Shown in pieces: positions 9,254 to 20,178 of a stretch of DNA of 64,000 nt. The position numbers and the translations under genes were made by a program. The notes beneath the pieces were generated by a model. The model did no database searches, was not told the origin of the DNA, and saw only the letters and a list, made by a program, of their open reading frames with translations. How positions within the stretch are numbered: position 1 is the first letter of the stretch; each line of letters opens with the position of its first letter. The stretch lies in contig OY970368.1 of assembly GCA_963718615.1 (NCBI GenBank), positions 1,664,001-1,728,000 of the forward strand, read 5' to 3'. The stretch is from an uncultured cyanobacterium. GTDB lineage: Bacteria; Cyanobacteriota; Cyanobacteriia; PCC-9006; JAAUQQ01.

Positions 9254-11143
9254 ATGTGTGGTATTTTTGGTTATCTAGGTCCCGAAACAATTCAACCTGA
9301 ATCTATTTTAAGATCGCTCCATCATCGTGGTCCTGATGATTCTGGATGTTGGCAGTATCAGATTGAGAGCCAGCAGTTAATGCTGATCCAAACTCGCTTA
9401 GCTATTCTAGACCTTAGTCCCGGTGGGCATCAGCCGATGATCGACGAAAACAATGGAAATGTCATCGTTTTTAATGGTGAGATCTATAATTTCCGAGAGC
9501 TACGAGAACAGCTTCAAAGTCGAGGTGTAGTCTTTAAATCTCAAAGTGATACCGAGGTGCTACTCAAGGGCTATCGAGTTTGGGGGCGGCAATTACTCGA
9601 TCGCCTGGATGGGATGTTCACATTTGTTCTATATGATTGCCATCAGCAACAGCTTATGATTGCACGGGATCATATCGGAATCAAACCGCTTTACTATGCC
9701 CGTACTCAAGGAGGTGGCCTTGCCTTCGCCTCAGAAGTCCGAACGCTGATTGCCTCTGGCCGGGTCAGCTCAGCCTGGGATCAGCAAAGCTTGCGGGACT
9801 ATTTGGTTTATGGAGCTATTCAAGAGCCACGAACGATTTATCAGGAAATTTGTGCGTTTCCCCCAGCCCATTTTGCGACTCTCGATATTCAAAAGCCGCA
9901 GTTACTGCAACCTCAATGTTATTGGAATATGGTAGAAATTGCCTATGCAGCCCAATCTTCCCCAACTCCCCTGAATAGTCGTCTCATCCATCGTGAGATT
10001 CTTGATCGCACCTTAGAACAGCAAATTGCAGCGGACGTGCCTGTAGGCCTGTTTCTTTCGGGTGGCATTGATACAACGGCCTTAGCTTGTTTGTTAGCAC
10101 CACAATCATCAAACTACTTGCATGCATTCACATTTGGGTTACAAAATCACGAGGCAGACGAAGCTCCTTTGGCGGCAACAACGGCACTTAATTTAGGGTT
10201 CAAGCATTCGATTGCTAGGCTTGAAAAAAACGAATTAAATGATTGGTTGCTAGCAGGATTTGCGGCGATGGATCAGCCTTCCGCTGATGGTCTCAATACT
10301 TATCTGATTTCGCGAGCTTCAAAAGCCAAAGGTATGACAGTCGTCTTGAGCGGCTGCGGGGCCGATGAATTGCACGGAGGTTATTCCCATTTTCGCCAAT
10401 TGTCGCAGTTGTGGCGTTGGCAGCAGTGGGGACAGCAAGGTGGAAAGTTTGGCGATCGCCTGACCCAAAAACTTATCCATCAAGCTTTATCCTTAGTTCA
10501 TCGCCATCGTGGTCCTTTAGTTGAAGAGCGCTTGAATCTGATGATGCAACAGTGGCAATCTCCGTTGGGGCTATTATCAGAGAAACGACGATTTTTGACC
10601 CCTAGTCAAATTCAAGTGTTTTGGCCTCAGGGAGATTCCTTCCCAGGGCAGATGGCGATCGCCCCAATTCCGCCCAAATTGCTTGAACTAGAGATTGAAA
10701 CCCAGCTCTCGATTTATGAAATTCAAGGCTATTTGCGCAATACGCTGCTGCGGGACAGTGATTGGGCGACCATGGCCAATCAGCAGGAGCTACGGGTACC
10801 TTTCCTCGGTAAACGCTATTTAGAGATGGTTTTGCAACTTCCCTGGTCAGAGAAGCGAGCAGTGTCTGGCTTAAACAAACCCTTGATTGCACAGCAGATC
10901 ACTGCCGCCGGAGAGCATGTGCTTCAGCGGCGCAAGACAGGCTTTACCTTGGACTATGGGGCTTATCTGTGTGGAGCGTTGCGAGAACCGATGGAGATGG
11001 CCTTTAAGCAGCTCAATCAAAACTTTGGCTTTACGCTGAATGCAGCAGAAACTGTGCGATCGCTTCAATCGGATCAAGGTCGCAACCAAGTGAGTCGCTA
11101 CTGGGCTTTGACGAGCCTTGGGTTGTATTTAGGACGGTCCTAA
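9254..11143 (+). CDS. asnB: Asparagine synthase (glutamine-hydrolysing) family amidotransferase, probably a sugar amidotransferase
   Basis: N-terminal MCGIFG (Ntn Cys), HRGPD, FNGEIYN, SDTEV, ARDxxGIKPLY, LSGGID, SGxGADEL, ELRVPFL; lies inside the polysaccharide cluster. Confidence 0.9.
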   Translation: MCGIFGYLGPETIQPESILRSLHHRGPDDSGCWQYQIESQQLMLIQTRLAILDLSPGGHQPMIDENNGNVIVFNGEIYNFRELREQLQSRGVVFKSQSDTEVLLKGYRVWGRQLLDRLDGMFTFVLYDCHQQQLMIARDHIGIKPLYYARTQGGGLAFASEVRTLIASGRVSSAWDQQSLRDYLVYGAIQEPRTIYQEICAFPPAHFATLDIQKPQLLQPQCYWNMVEIAYAAQSSPTPLNSRLIHREILDRTLEQQIAADVPVGLFLSGGIDTTALACLLAPQSSNYLHAFTFGLQNHEADEAPLAATTALNLGFKHSIARLEKNELNDWLLAGFAAMDQPSADGLNTYLISRASKAKGMTVVLSGCGADELHGGYSHFRQLSQLWRWQQWGQQGGKFGDRLTQKLIHQALSLVHRHRGPLVEERLNLMMQQWQSPLGLLSEKRRFLTPSQIQVFWPQGDSFPGQMAIAPIPPKLLELEIETQLSIYEIQGYLRNTLLRDSDWATMANQQELRVPFLGKRYLEMVLQLPWSEKRAVSGLNKPLIAQQITAAGEHVLQRRKTGFTLDYGAYLCGALREPMEMAFKQLNQNFGFTLNAAETVRSLQSDQGRNQVSRYWALTSLGLYLGRS

Positions 11144-11288
11144 AATAGGTTCTCAAACTGCTCGTAAAACATACTAGAAAGCGATCGCGACCACAATACC
11201 CTAATGGGTCAACGCGATCGCAAACATAGTCTTGGCATAGTAAAGGCAACTGCTCTCTTTATATTGCTAGATATTGCTAGTTCTGCCC

Positions 11289-12188
11289 ATGCTACCAACC
11301 TTCATTGGAATTGGAACCCCCAAGTCGGGCACAACCTGGCTTTTTCGATGTCTTGCCGAACATCCAGAGGTATTTATTACGCCTGTTAAGGAAACAGCGT
11401 TCTTTGCCTCTTCCTTTGATCCGGAAGCCCTAGATACCTACCATCGCTATTTTGAAGGGGGTCAAGAGGCGATCGCGGTGGGGGAAATTTCTGTGGACTA
11501 TTTTGATTCTGAGCCAACTCCGGCCCGGATTGCCCAGGTTCTACCCGATGTCAAACTAGTTGTGGTCTTTCGTAATCCGATTGACCAAGTCTATTCCCAT
11601 TACTGGCATTTAGCACGACAGAATTTTCACTCCTGGGAAGAGGATCAACGCTTATCATTCGAGGCCGCTTTAGATAAATATTCGGTGCGTTTGATCGAGC
11701 CTGCTAGCTATGCTAAGTATCTTAAAAGCTGGCTGCGCTACTTTAATAGAGATCAAATCCATGTCATCTTCTATGAAGAAATTTGCCAACAGCCCCAAAC
11801 TGTTTTGCAAAGACTATTTGAATTTTTAGGGGTCGATCCAACTTTTCTACCCAGTGCTCTCGATCGCCAGGATGTTTCCGTACGCAAGGGAGTGTCCCCG
11901 AAAAGCCCACTGCTGGATCAAATCCACTCAATTCTGTACCAGCAACTCAATCAGCAATTTTATATGCCCCTAAAGCATTTACTTGGTTTTAATGTGGCGG
12001 CACAACTCAAGGAAACTCTCCGAATTCGTCAAATTATGCAGACCCTGTTCTATCGGGAGGGCTATCCCAAGATGGCCGCAACGACCCGAACGGCATTGTG
12101 CGATCGCTTTAGTCCCGATATCCAAGAACTTGCAACCTTGACGGGGCGCGATCTGAGTCATTGGTTGGGTCGTGCGGGAACTTATTAA
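11289..12188 (+). CDS. PAPS-dependent sulfotransferase
   Basis: IGIGTPKSGTTWL (5'-PSB), KETAFF, RNPIDQVYS (3'-PB). Confidence 0.9.
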   Translation: MLPTFIGIGTPKSGTTWLFRCLAEHPEVFITPVKETAFFASSFDPEALDTYHRYFEGGQEAIAVGEISVDYFDSEPTPARIAQVLPDVKLVVVFRNPIDQVYSHYWHLARQNFHSWEEDQRLSFEAALDKYSVRLIEPASYAKYLKSWLRYFNRDQIHVIFYEEICQQPQTVLQRLFEFLGVDPTFLPSALDRQDVSVRKGVSPKSPLLDQIHSILYQQLNQQFYMPLKHLLGFNVAAQLKETLRIRQIMQTLFYREGYPKMAATTRTALCDRFSPDIQELATLTGRDLSHWLGRAGTY

Positions 12189-12212
12189 ACCGACTGTATG
12201 AAGTGAGTTTTA

Positions 12213-13613
12213 ATGCTTATGAGTCATTCCCTACCACTGGCCCCCCACGCTCTGCGCCGGGTGCTAGTTGTTAGTCCTCATTTTCCACCAACCAACGCAC
12301 CAGACCACCAGCGGATTCGCACGGCGTTGCCCTATCTGGCGGCACAAGGTTGGTCTGCTCATATTTTGGCAGTTGAACCGGATGAGATTCCTCATCCTCA
12401 AGATCCGTTGCTGGCACAAGTTCTGTCTGCGGATCTGCCGATTACCCGTGTGGGTGCAATTCCGGCGCACTATACTCAAAAAATTGGGTTAGGCAACGTT
12501 GGTATTCGAGCCATGCAGTTCGTTCGACAAGCGGGCGATCGCTTACTGGCCCAAGAAAAGTTTGACCTAGTTTTCTTTTCAACTACTATTTTCCCGCTCA
12601 TGGCCTTGGGGCCTCACTGGTTGAAAAAATTTGGTGTTCCCTATATCCTAGATTTTCAAGACCCCTGGCGTAGTGACTATTATCGAGAGACGGGTCTTAC
12701 CCCTCCTGGAGGTCGAATGAAGCATGGCTTAAGTCAGTTGATTGCTCAATTACTAGAGCCAATTGCCTTACAATCGCCTGCCCATATTGTCAGTGTTTCC
12801 CCAGCTTATCCCTATATTTTGCAACAGCGCTATCCTGGGTTGCATTCCGAACAATTTACGGTTTTACCCTTTGGTGCTCCAGAAGCTGATTTCGCGATCT
12901 TGCCCCAGCTTAACCTCAGACAATCCATTTTTAATCCCCATGATGGCTTACGGCACTGGGTTTATGTGGGTCGTGGGGGAGGCGATATGGTCACTGCAAT
13001 TAAGGTGCTTTTCGAGGCGATTCGGCGCGATCGCCGAATCCATAGGGAACGATGGGCAGAGATTCGTATTCATTTTGTAGGCACCAGTTATGCTCCACCT
13101 GAGCGTGCTGAAAAAACTATCGAGCCTTTGGCTAAAGTCTATGGCTTAGACGATTTGATCGATGAACATCCAGGACGAATTGCTTATTTCGAAGCACAAC
13201 AGGTTTTAGTCGATAGCGAAGCAATTCTTTTAATTGGTTCTAACGATTCGAGTTATACAGCCTCTAAACTTTATCCAAGTATTTTGGCAAAGAAACCTAT
13301 TTTGGCAGTGTTTAATGAGCAAAGCTCTGTCGTCAAGATTCTCCAAACTTGTCAGGCTGGTCAAGTAGTAACCTTTGGTAAGAATATCAGCGAAGAGCAA
13401 ACTATCCAAACAATTCAGACATATTTGAGTCAAATGCTGTGCCCATCTCGATCCAGCCTAGTTCAAACGAATTGGGAAGCTTTCCAAGCTTATACTGCTC
13501 AGGCCATGACCCAAAAGCTGTGCCAACTATTTGATCAAGCCTTGGTTCCTCAACGGTCTCAATCTGTGAGTTTAGAGGCGATCGCTCCTCAGCAGACTTT
13601 CAACCATGCGTAA
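12213..13613 (+). CDS. Glycosyltransferase family 4-like
   Basis: VVSPHFPP, LDFQDPW, ASKLYPSILAKKPILA pattern. Confidence 0.75.
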   Translation: MLMSHSLPLAPHALRRVLVVSPHFPPTNAPDHQRIRTALPYLAAQGWSAHILAVEPDEIPHPQDPLLAQVLSADLPITRVGAIPAHYTQKIGLGNVGIRAMQFVRQAGDRLLAQEKFDLVFFSTTIFPLMALGPHWLKKFGVPYILDFQDPWRSDYYRETGLTPPGGRMKHGLSQLIAQLLEPIALQSPAHIVSVSPAYPYILQQRYPGLHSEQFTVLPFGAPEADFAILPQLNLRQSIFNPHDGLRHWVYVGRGGGDMVTAIKVLFEAIRRDRRIHRERWAEIRIHFVGTSYAPPERAEKTIEPLAKVYGLDDLIDEHPGRIAYFEAQQVLVDSEAILLIGSNDSSYTASKLYPSILAKKPILAVFNEQSSVVKILQTCQAGQVVTFGKNISEEQTIQTIQTYLSQMLCPSRSSLVQTNWEAFQAYTAQAMTQKLCQLFDQALVPQRSQSVSLEAIAPQQTFNHA

Positions 13614-13624
13614 TCAACGTATTT

Positions 13625-15103
13625 ATGGCAAAAGAATCTCATCAGGCAACGACCAATATGTTTTGGTGTCTGATTTCTCTTCTCGTGTATGGGAATTTTG
13701 GAGCATTTAGACATGCCGACCCGGCATCAGAGGCAGGGTGCCTTTTGATTGGATTTTTCTGCATGTTTCCTCTTTATCTGTGGTGTGCAGGTAAAGTTCA
13801 AGGGATGCCAGTTTTTCCGTTCTTTGCTTTAACTTATTTATGGACGTTTTGTCTGCCACTAGTGAGCGACAATCCAAATGTTTTAAAGTATTCGCCTAGC
13901 CAACACTTAATAGCTGGATTTAATACAAGCTTGTTTTTAGGCAGTGGCACTTTAGTCTGGTATCAGTTTGTCAAATCCAAAGTGAGTAAAAGCAAGCCTT
14001 ATCTTGCCTTAGATACAGAAAAAGCTGAATTGTTCTTTATTGTCATGGTGGGAGCTGGCGTTTTTATTAATATGTATGTTTTAGGGGGTTGGTCTGGCAT
14101 TCCACCTAAAATTTTTACAATTGTGCGAGGCATGGTTAAAGGGTTGAGTTTGCTCGGTTGTTTTATCCTTTGTTATCGTCTAGGACAAAAAGAAATTCCT
14201 AAATTAAGAGGTCAGGTATTTGTCCTTTTACAAACCCTATATATCATCACCTCAGGGGCAGGGATGGTCTTAAACTTTGCGTTAGTTCTATTTATGCTAT
14301 CTATTGTTGCTTATACGATTGGTGCTCGGCGATTTCCCATTGTAGCTACGCTTATAGGATTAATGTGCGTTATGCCATTACATTATGGCAAGCATCCTAT
14401 GCGTGAAAAGTATTGGTTTCATGTAGAAGAAACTACATACATTCAACCTTGGGATTACCCAGCTTGGTTTAGGGAATGGGCCGGTTATGCCTATGACTAC
14501 TTTACCTACGAACCCGCTCGATACGAAAAAGTTGAGGAAAGAGAATCTTTTGCTGAGCGATCGAGCGTGGTTCACATGCTCATGTTTGCTCAGACTCAAA
14601 TTCCTAAAAACTATCCCTTTCTCAATGGAGAAACCTATAAAGTCGTTCCACAGATTATCATGCCGAGAATTATAAATCCTAATAAACCTCGCAGCCATGA
14701 AGGTACTTATATGCTTTGTATTCATACCCGAATGCAAACCTATGAAGATACTTTAACAACGACAATTGCTTGGGGCCTTTTACCTGAAGCCTATGCAAAC
14801 TTCGGCACAGCTGGTTTACCAGCTATAGGAGGTCTATTGGGGGTATTCTATGGAACCGTTACTCGCTCAGCTCTAGGAACTTCTCGTTTTTCTTTTAGGT
14901 TTCTTTTTTCAGTTCTAATTTTTAGTTTATCCTTAGCTTCCATTGAATGGACGTCAGGTGTCTATGCTGCAACGCTCTTTCAGTCTTCAGTTCCTTTACT
15001 TGGCATTCGATTTACAGTGATGCGTCTGTATCGCAAAATGCCGCATTACAAACAGCTTAAGCTCAAGCGAAAACTTAAACAGATGACTGGTGCCAGAGTA
15101 TGA
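13625..15103 (+). CDS. Polytopic membrane protein, Wzy/O-antigen-polymerase-like
   Basis: About 10 hydrophobic segments, large periplasmic loop, IMPRIINPNKP and GLLPEAYANFGxxG motifs; cluster context. Confidence 0.6.
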   Translation: MAKESHQATTNMFWCLISLLVYGNFGAFRHADPASEAGCLLIGFFCMFPLYLWCAGKVQGMPVFPFFALTYLWTFCLPLVSDNPNVLKYSPSQHLIAGFNTSLFLGSGTLVWYQFVKSKVSKSKPYLALDTEKAELFFIVMVGAGVFINMYVLGGWSGIPPKIFTIVRGMVKGLSLLGCFILCYRLGQKEIPKLRGQVFVLLQTLYIITSGAGMVLNFALVLFMLSIVAYTIGARRFPIVATLIGLMCVMPLHYGKHPMREKYWFHVEETTYIQPWDYPAWFREWAGYAYDYFTYEPARYEKVEERESFAERSSVVHMLMFAQTQIPKNYPFLNGETYKVVPQIIMPRIINPNKPRSHEGTYMLCIHTRMQTYEDTLTTTIAWGLLPEAYANFGTAGLPAIGGLLGVFYGTVTRSALGTSRFSFRFLFSVLIFSLSLASIEWTSGVYAATLFQSSVPLLGIRFTVMRLYRKMPHYKQLKLKRKLKQMTGARV

Positions 15104-16332
15104 AAAATCTTGCAATTATTACCTCCCACCCGATACAATACTACGCTCCCTGGTTTAAACATCTTGCAGCCCAGATCCAGATTAATCTCAAGGTCTTTTA
15201 TCTTTGGGATTTTGGTGTGTCGACCCGAAATGACGAGGAATTTCAGCAGTCTTTGCAGTGGGATGTTCCTTTGTTAGAAGGTTACGATTATGCATTTGTT
15301 CCCAATCACAGCAATGCTCCTAGTGTTCACCATTTTTGGGGCTTAAACAATCCTGCTCTAACCGATCTTGTCAAGCAATTCCAGCCTGATGCAGTGTTAC
15401 TAATGTGTTATAATTATGCTACAATTTATAAGTTTCTTTGGCAGTGGCGTTATGAGAAAATTCCCCTTCTTTTTCGAGGAGATTCTCATCGATTGGTTTC
15501 GCTAAAGGGATTTAAGTCATGGGTAAAGAAAGTCTGGATTCAACAAATTTATTCTCAAATAGATGCCTGTTTGTATGTTGGGCAGGCTAACTACCAATAC
15601 TTCCGCCATCACAATATTCAGGCAGATCGTCTTTTTTATACTCCTCACGCTATTGACAATGCTCGCTTTTTTAAAGCAAAAAGCGAAGCTAATTATGCAT
15701 CGCAAATTTGGAAAAAAGAGCTTGGTATTCCTGAAAACTATCGAGTGATTCTATTTGCGGGAAAATTCGTGTCTAAAAAGCGACCTCAAGATCTGTTGCA
15801 AGCATTTGCCAAAGCTCATCTAGAGAATACTGCACTTGTATTTGTGGGTGCAGGCGAGCTAGAATCTATTCTGCGTCAGCAGGCTTCGGAGATTGAGCAG
15901 GTTTATTTTGCTCCTTTTCAGAATCAAAGTTTGATGCCCAGGACCTACGCTTTGGCTGATGTGTTGGTGCTACCTAGCTTTGGTCCAGGTGAGACCTGGG
16001 GGCTATCTGTGAACGAAGCAATGGCGATGGGAAAGGCTGTGATTGTCAGCAGTCATGTTGGTTGTGCTACTGACTTAGTTCAGCTACAGGAATCAACCTC
16101 GGAACAAAATGGTTTAGTCTTCCCTGCAGGAGATTGTGATGCGCTTAGTCGAGCTCTGGAAAGAGCTTTTTCTCAACCTGAACAATTACGTCGCTGGGGA
16201 GAGGCTGGCCAGCGACGCATTCGCAAGTTTAGCTATGAACGGATGACACAGGGATTGTTACGGGCTCTAGCGGCACTGTCTTCCCATTCCGATCAGCAGC
16301 CCTTGATTCAAGGAGACGTAACGCTAGGATGA
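15100..16332 (+). CDS. Glycosyltransferase family 4
   Basis: SHPIQY, FAGKFVSKKRP, ETWGLSVNEAMAMGKAVI. Confidence 0.92.
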   Translation: MKNLAIITSHPIQYYAPWFKHLAAQIQINLKVFYLWDFGVSTRNDEEFQQSLQWDVPLLEGYDYAFVPNHSNAPSVHHFWGLNNPALTDLVKQFQPDAVLLMCYNYATIYKFLWQWRYEKIPLLFRGDSHRLVSLKGFKSWVKKVWIQQIYSQIDACLYVGQANYQYFRHHNIQADRLFYTPHAIDNARFFKAKSEANYASQIWKKELGIPENYRVILFAGKFVSKKRPQDLLQAFAKAHLENTALVFVGAGELESILRQQASEIEQVYFAPFQNQSLMPRTYALADVLVLPSFGPGETWGLSVNEAMAMGKAVIVSSHVGCATDLVQLQESTSEQNGLVFPAGDCDALSRALERAFSQPEQLRRWGEAGQRRIRKFSYERMTQGLLRALAALSSHSDQQPLIQGDVTLG

Positions 16333-17053
16333 TTTCGGCAACGCAGCGCTGAAGTGCATAATACCAACCTCGGGGGCCATCCCAAAGGCCCCTCTTTAGA
16401 AGCAAACAATAAACTATAACGAGTAAAGGAGCTAGGGGGGTATATAGGCGAATGCGATCGCTCCAACCTAAGTCCTTAATAGAAGTATTTCTCAATTTTT
16501 TGACTTCTAATTCGGCATAGCAATCCTGAGCCCATAACCAGCGTTGAAGAGTCTTTTGATCATCATGCAAAAGTGGCATTTTTAAGGTTTTGCTCTCTCC
16601 TTCAGGCTGTAGTAGTTGTCGATGGCCATCATCAATATAATGGACAAATTGAGGTCTAAATAGGGCTCTTCTAGGGGGTAAAATTGTTCCCTTTAGAGGA
16701 CTACCGAAAACACAATATTTAAATGGAACCCAATAACTATTAACGTTCGTAGTAGGCGTTATTTGGCTAAGCTCTTTCTGTAGTTCTGGAGTTACTAAAT
16801 AATCTGCATCTAAAGAAAGTGCCCATTCTGTATTAACAAACGTTAGACCATAATTCCATTGTTGAGCAAGGCTATCAAAAGGGCGCTGTAGAACTCTTAC
16901 ATTTGGATATCGTTGTAATATTTCTAATGTTGAATCAGTACTAAAGCTGTCAATGACTAAGACTTGCTTTGCCCAGCTTAATCTAGACAAAGTTCGTCCT
17001 ATATTTGGGGCTTCGTTGTAGGTCAAAATGATAGGAGTAATGGAGTCAAGCAT
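16229..17053 (-). CDS. Glycosyltransferase family 2
   Basis: ILTYNE, IDSFSTD, WALSLDADY. Confidence 0.9.
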   Translation of the reverse strand: MLDSITPIILTYNEAPNIGRTLSRLSWAKQVLVIDSFSTDSTLEILQRYPNVRVLQRPFDSLAQQWNYGLTFVNTEWALSLDADYLVTPELQKELSQITPTTNVNSYWVPFKYCVFGSPLKGTILPPRRALFRPQFVHYIDDGHRQLLQPEGESKTLKMPLLHDDQKTLQRWLWAQDCYAELEVKKLRNTSIKDLGWSDRIRLYTPLAPLLVIVYCLLLKRGLWDGPRGWYYALQRCVAEIILALRLLESRAADRNGKTVPLEPVTIPVSSVHS

Positions 17054-18233
17054 AGATTTCTACATGGTTTTGATAATGTTGAATAAGTTTTTGGCTGATG
17101 GATGCCCAACCAAACTGTTGTTGTGAGATAATGCGACTTTGTGCTCTAATCCGTTGCCAATGCTGGGGAGATTGAATCGCCAGGTTAAGGGCTTCGCTGA
17201 GAGCCTCAGTCCAGCATTTTGGTTCTAAAGGGACTACCCAACCTAAATGATGCTGCTGGACAAAGTCTGATAGCGCGACATCCGGGCTCAACATTACAGG
17301 TAAGCCGGAGGCCATAGCTTCTAGGACCGAAATCCCAAAATTTTCTGAGTGAGACGGTAATACAAAAAGATCTGCACCTTCAAGTAAGGCTTGTTTCTCT
17401 GCTCCCGTTAAAAATCCTAACCAATGTACTTGAGGTTGTAGCGATAAATCTTTGACTTGTCGCTTGAGTGCTTGACAGTATTCAGAATCACCGCTGCCTG
17501 CGATCGCCAAGGTGAAATTACGATGAGGCAAATCGGCCAAGGCTGTCAAAAGAATTTCTAGCCCTTTCTTTGGATGTAAGCGCGATAAAAATGCAATTAC
17601 AGGTTGGTTAGAGTCAAGCTTGAGCTGTTGACGTAGCAGCGTACGAGCCTGATATAATGGACTGGCTACATTGAGTCCTAAAGGTAGCACGAAAGATTTT
17701 GTCTGAAGCGCTAACGATTGTACTTCTCGATATTCGGATTCACTGGTGAAATGCAATGCTTGACTATCTTCTAAAAGCATTCGACAGCCTTGCAAGTAAA
17801 GCTGTTTTTTACGGTAACCCTGCTGTAAAGACCAGTGACATAATGAGCCTAGAGGTCTGACAAAATAAGGAACTCCTTTTGTCCGAGCCCAGGCCATGCC
17901 CATGATGGAAGGATAGGAAAAAATAGCATGAATATGGACAAAGTCGTAGGTTTGAATTTCCTGACCTAGCCAGCGAGTTAAGGATGCTGAAATCGCAAAT
18001 TCTCGAAAACTTGAAGAACGAGGAGACCATCGATTAAAAAAACGAACAGGCACCTGTTCATAATTAATCCAAGCATTAAGGGGCACATCGAGTCGCTGAG
18101 GACCATTATCGTTGGTCGTGGCAATTTCAGCTTCAATCCCTTGTTTTCGTAGCTCTCTCACCATTTGCAAAACGGCCTGACTTGGTCCTCCTCGAATGGG
18201 AGCAATAGAAGGGATAATATGAAGAACTTTCAT
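17046..18233 (-). CDS. Glycosyltransferase family 4
   Basis: MKVLHIIPS...GGP, SRLHPKKG, SENFGISVLEAMASGLPV. Confidence 0.92.
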   Translation of the reverse strand: MKVLHIIPSIAPIRGGPSQAVLQMVRELRKQGIEAEIATTNDNGPQRLDVPLNAWINYEQVPVRFFNRWSPRSSSFREFAISASLTRWLGQEIQTYDFVHIHAIFSYPSIMGMAWARTKGVPYFVRPLGSLCHWSLQQGYRKKQLYLQGCRMLLEDSQALHFTSESEYREVQSLALQTKSFVLPLGLNVASPLYQARTLLRQQLKLDSNQPVIAFLSRLHPKKGLEILLTALADLPHRNFTLAIAGSGDSEYCQALKRQVKDLSLQPQVHWLGFLTGAEKQALLEGADLFVLPSHSENFGISVLEAMASGLPVMLSPDVALSDFVQQHHLGWVVPLEPKCWTEALSEALNLAIQSPQHWQRIRAQSRIISQQQFGWASISQKLIQHYQNHVEIYA

Positions 18234-18312
18234 GGTAGATGTCTGAAATACTTGCGGGTTCATGGAATAGAGCAAGTTTGCTCAGTTTCCAACTAAACTG
18301 TTTCGAATCATG

Positions 18313-19491
18313 TCAAATTGTTTCAGACTGAAGCTTGCGATTTTTCCTAAGCAATAGCATCTCTCTATAGCTCCATCGTAAAGCTGACTGAAATCCTAAT
18401 CGTAATAAACCACCCCATTGCAAGAGCATAAATAGGGTGCTTGCAAGTAACAGTAGGGGGCCGTTAGAAAGTCTGACGAGCGCAAAAGCTCCACTACTTA
18501 GCCATAGGCTTAAACCTGTGATTAAGGTCACGGTTTCACGTTGTGAAAAACCCTGATCAATTAACCAATGATGTAAATGTCCACGATCAGGATAAAAAGG
18601 AGAACGGCGTGCCCAAAGTCGTTGTATGATAACGCGACTCATGTCTAAAATGGGTAGGGCGAGAAGAACAAAAGGAATTATTGCCGTTGTAAAGCCGGGA
18701 ACTGCAGCTTTAACAAAAAGACTAGTACCCCCTAACATGAAGCCTAATAGATAAGACCCACCATCACCCATAAAAATCTTAGCTGGGTGGGTATTGTGAT
18801 AGAAAAATCCGAGCGTGGATCCAACTATGGTGAGACAAAGGAAGGCGATCGCTTCGCTTTGTTCGGTCATAACTAACAAGCTAAAGATGACTAGCTCAGT
18901 GACAACGACGATACTAGATGCAAGTCCATCTAACCCATCTAACCAGTTAATCGCATTGGCAACGCCAGCTAGCCAGACCAATGTGACGGGTAGGCTCAGG
19001 ACTCCTAAAGTAACACTGCCTAGACCCGGCAAGGGTAGCACGTCCATGCGAACGCCTAGATACCAGGAAAATGTCCCTATCAAGCTTTGTAACGCTAATC
19101 GATGAAACGGTGATAAGGAAAATAGATCATCAAGAAAACCAACGAAAAAGAAGCCTAAACCTCCAACGAGCAGACCGAAAAAGGGCATTTTTTGACCAAC
19201 GTCGAGAAAGAGGGTTTGGCGATCGCTTAGAAAATCAACAGAGGGTGATTGTCCAAAAATAAAAAAAGCCAGTGTCATTGTTATGGCTATTGATATCGCG
19301 ATCGCAACTCCCCCGACTCGAACAATCGGTTGATGATGAAGTTTTCGAGTATCCGGTATATCCGTCCATTTATACCGAAGACCAGTTTTTTGAATGAGGG
19401 GAGTAATTCCCAAGGCTAGTAAATAGGCAATTAGGGCAACGAGAGCTGCTTGCATACGGTTTATAGGATTAGATCGATTCCATCTTGACAT
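18313..19491 (-). CDS. MraY/WecA-family undecaprenyl-phosphate HexNAc-1-phosphate transferase
   Basis: RKLH..P.VRVGG, GFLDD, NAINWLDGLDGL, IFMGDGGS, DRGHLHH. Confidence 0.92.
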   Translation of the reverse strand: MSRWNRSNPINRMQAALVALIAYLLALGITPLIQKTGLRYKWTDIPDTRKLHHQPIVRVGGVAIAISIAITMTLAFFIFGQSPSVDFLSDRQTLFLDVGQKMPFFGLLVGGLGFFFVGFLDDLFSLSPFHRLALQSLIGTFSWYLGVRMDVLPLPGLGSVTLGVLSLPVTLVWLAGVANAINWLDGLDGLASSIVVVTELVIFSLLVMTEQSEAIAFLCLTIVGSTLGFFYHNTHPAKIFMGDGGSYLLGFMLGGTSLFVKAAVPGFTTAIIPFVLLALPILDMSRVIIQRLWARRSPFYPDRGHLHHWLIDQGFSQRETVTLITGLSLWLSSGAFALVRLSNGPLLLLASTLFMLLQWGGLLRLGFQSALRWSYREMLLLRKNRKLQSETI

Positions 19492-19722
19492 TGAAATGTT
19501 TTTGTTAAGGTTGGACTTTAAGTATTTATTAGGGGGTGTTTTTTAGAGTAAGCGAACAATTGAAAAACGTAGAGCTACACTGACATTAAAGAAATCTAGA
19601 TTCTTTCAAAATTCGATTCTAAAACCTGGTATTTTCTTCGATGACTGAAGTTTTATGGATGACTATGCTCGGTATGCCATGCTGTATTGCCTTGAAAATT
19701 TGAGAAAAGCTGGCGAAAATCT

Positions 19723-20133
19723 ATGAACTCCCAGATTGAAAATGATCCTATCCTTAAGAGAATCTTTATTCGTATCCCTTCAGATATGGTTGATACTTTT
19801 ACATCCGATCAGCTTAAGGTTCTTCGTAATGCTTTTGTTCAAAATCCAACCCGTAAACATGCGATAGATATTCGCTTATCTATTCCCTTGTTCCGGATTT
19901 ATCTTGTTATCCTTAGTGGTCAAGAAAAACGCTCTCAAGAACGGCTTAAGCAGGATAGGGTAATTTATCCTCTCTGGACGTTTTTTAATATCTTAGCGAT
20001 TTGCACTGTTTGTCTATCTGCCGTTTCGTTTTTAGTTGGCTTACTGCTTCTAAGTTATCCTGCTTCTAGAGAACATCTTTTGAAGGGGTATAGTCAAGAA
20101 TTGGGCTTAGTGACCCAAATCAAAATCATTTAG
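19723..20133 (+). CDS. Hypothetical membrane-anchored protein
   Basis: 136-aa ORF with ATG and a C-terminal TM helix; co-oriented with the downstream acetyltransferase. Confidence 0.7.
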   Translation: MNSQIENDPILKRIFIRIPSDMVDTFTSDQLKVLRNAFVQNPTRKHAIDIRLSIPLFRIYLVILSGQEKRSQERLKQDRVIYPLWTFFNILAICTVCLSAVSFLVGLLLLSYPASREHLLKGYSQELGLVTQIKII

Positions 20134-20178
20134 AGCAAATACTGTCGCTTTCATTAAAACTGAATTTTCTGAGTATGT

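Noticed and set aside
11180-11221. Inverted repeat between asnB and the sulfotransferase gene
   Set aside because: Largely explained by two adjacent palindromic HIP1 sites
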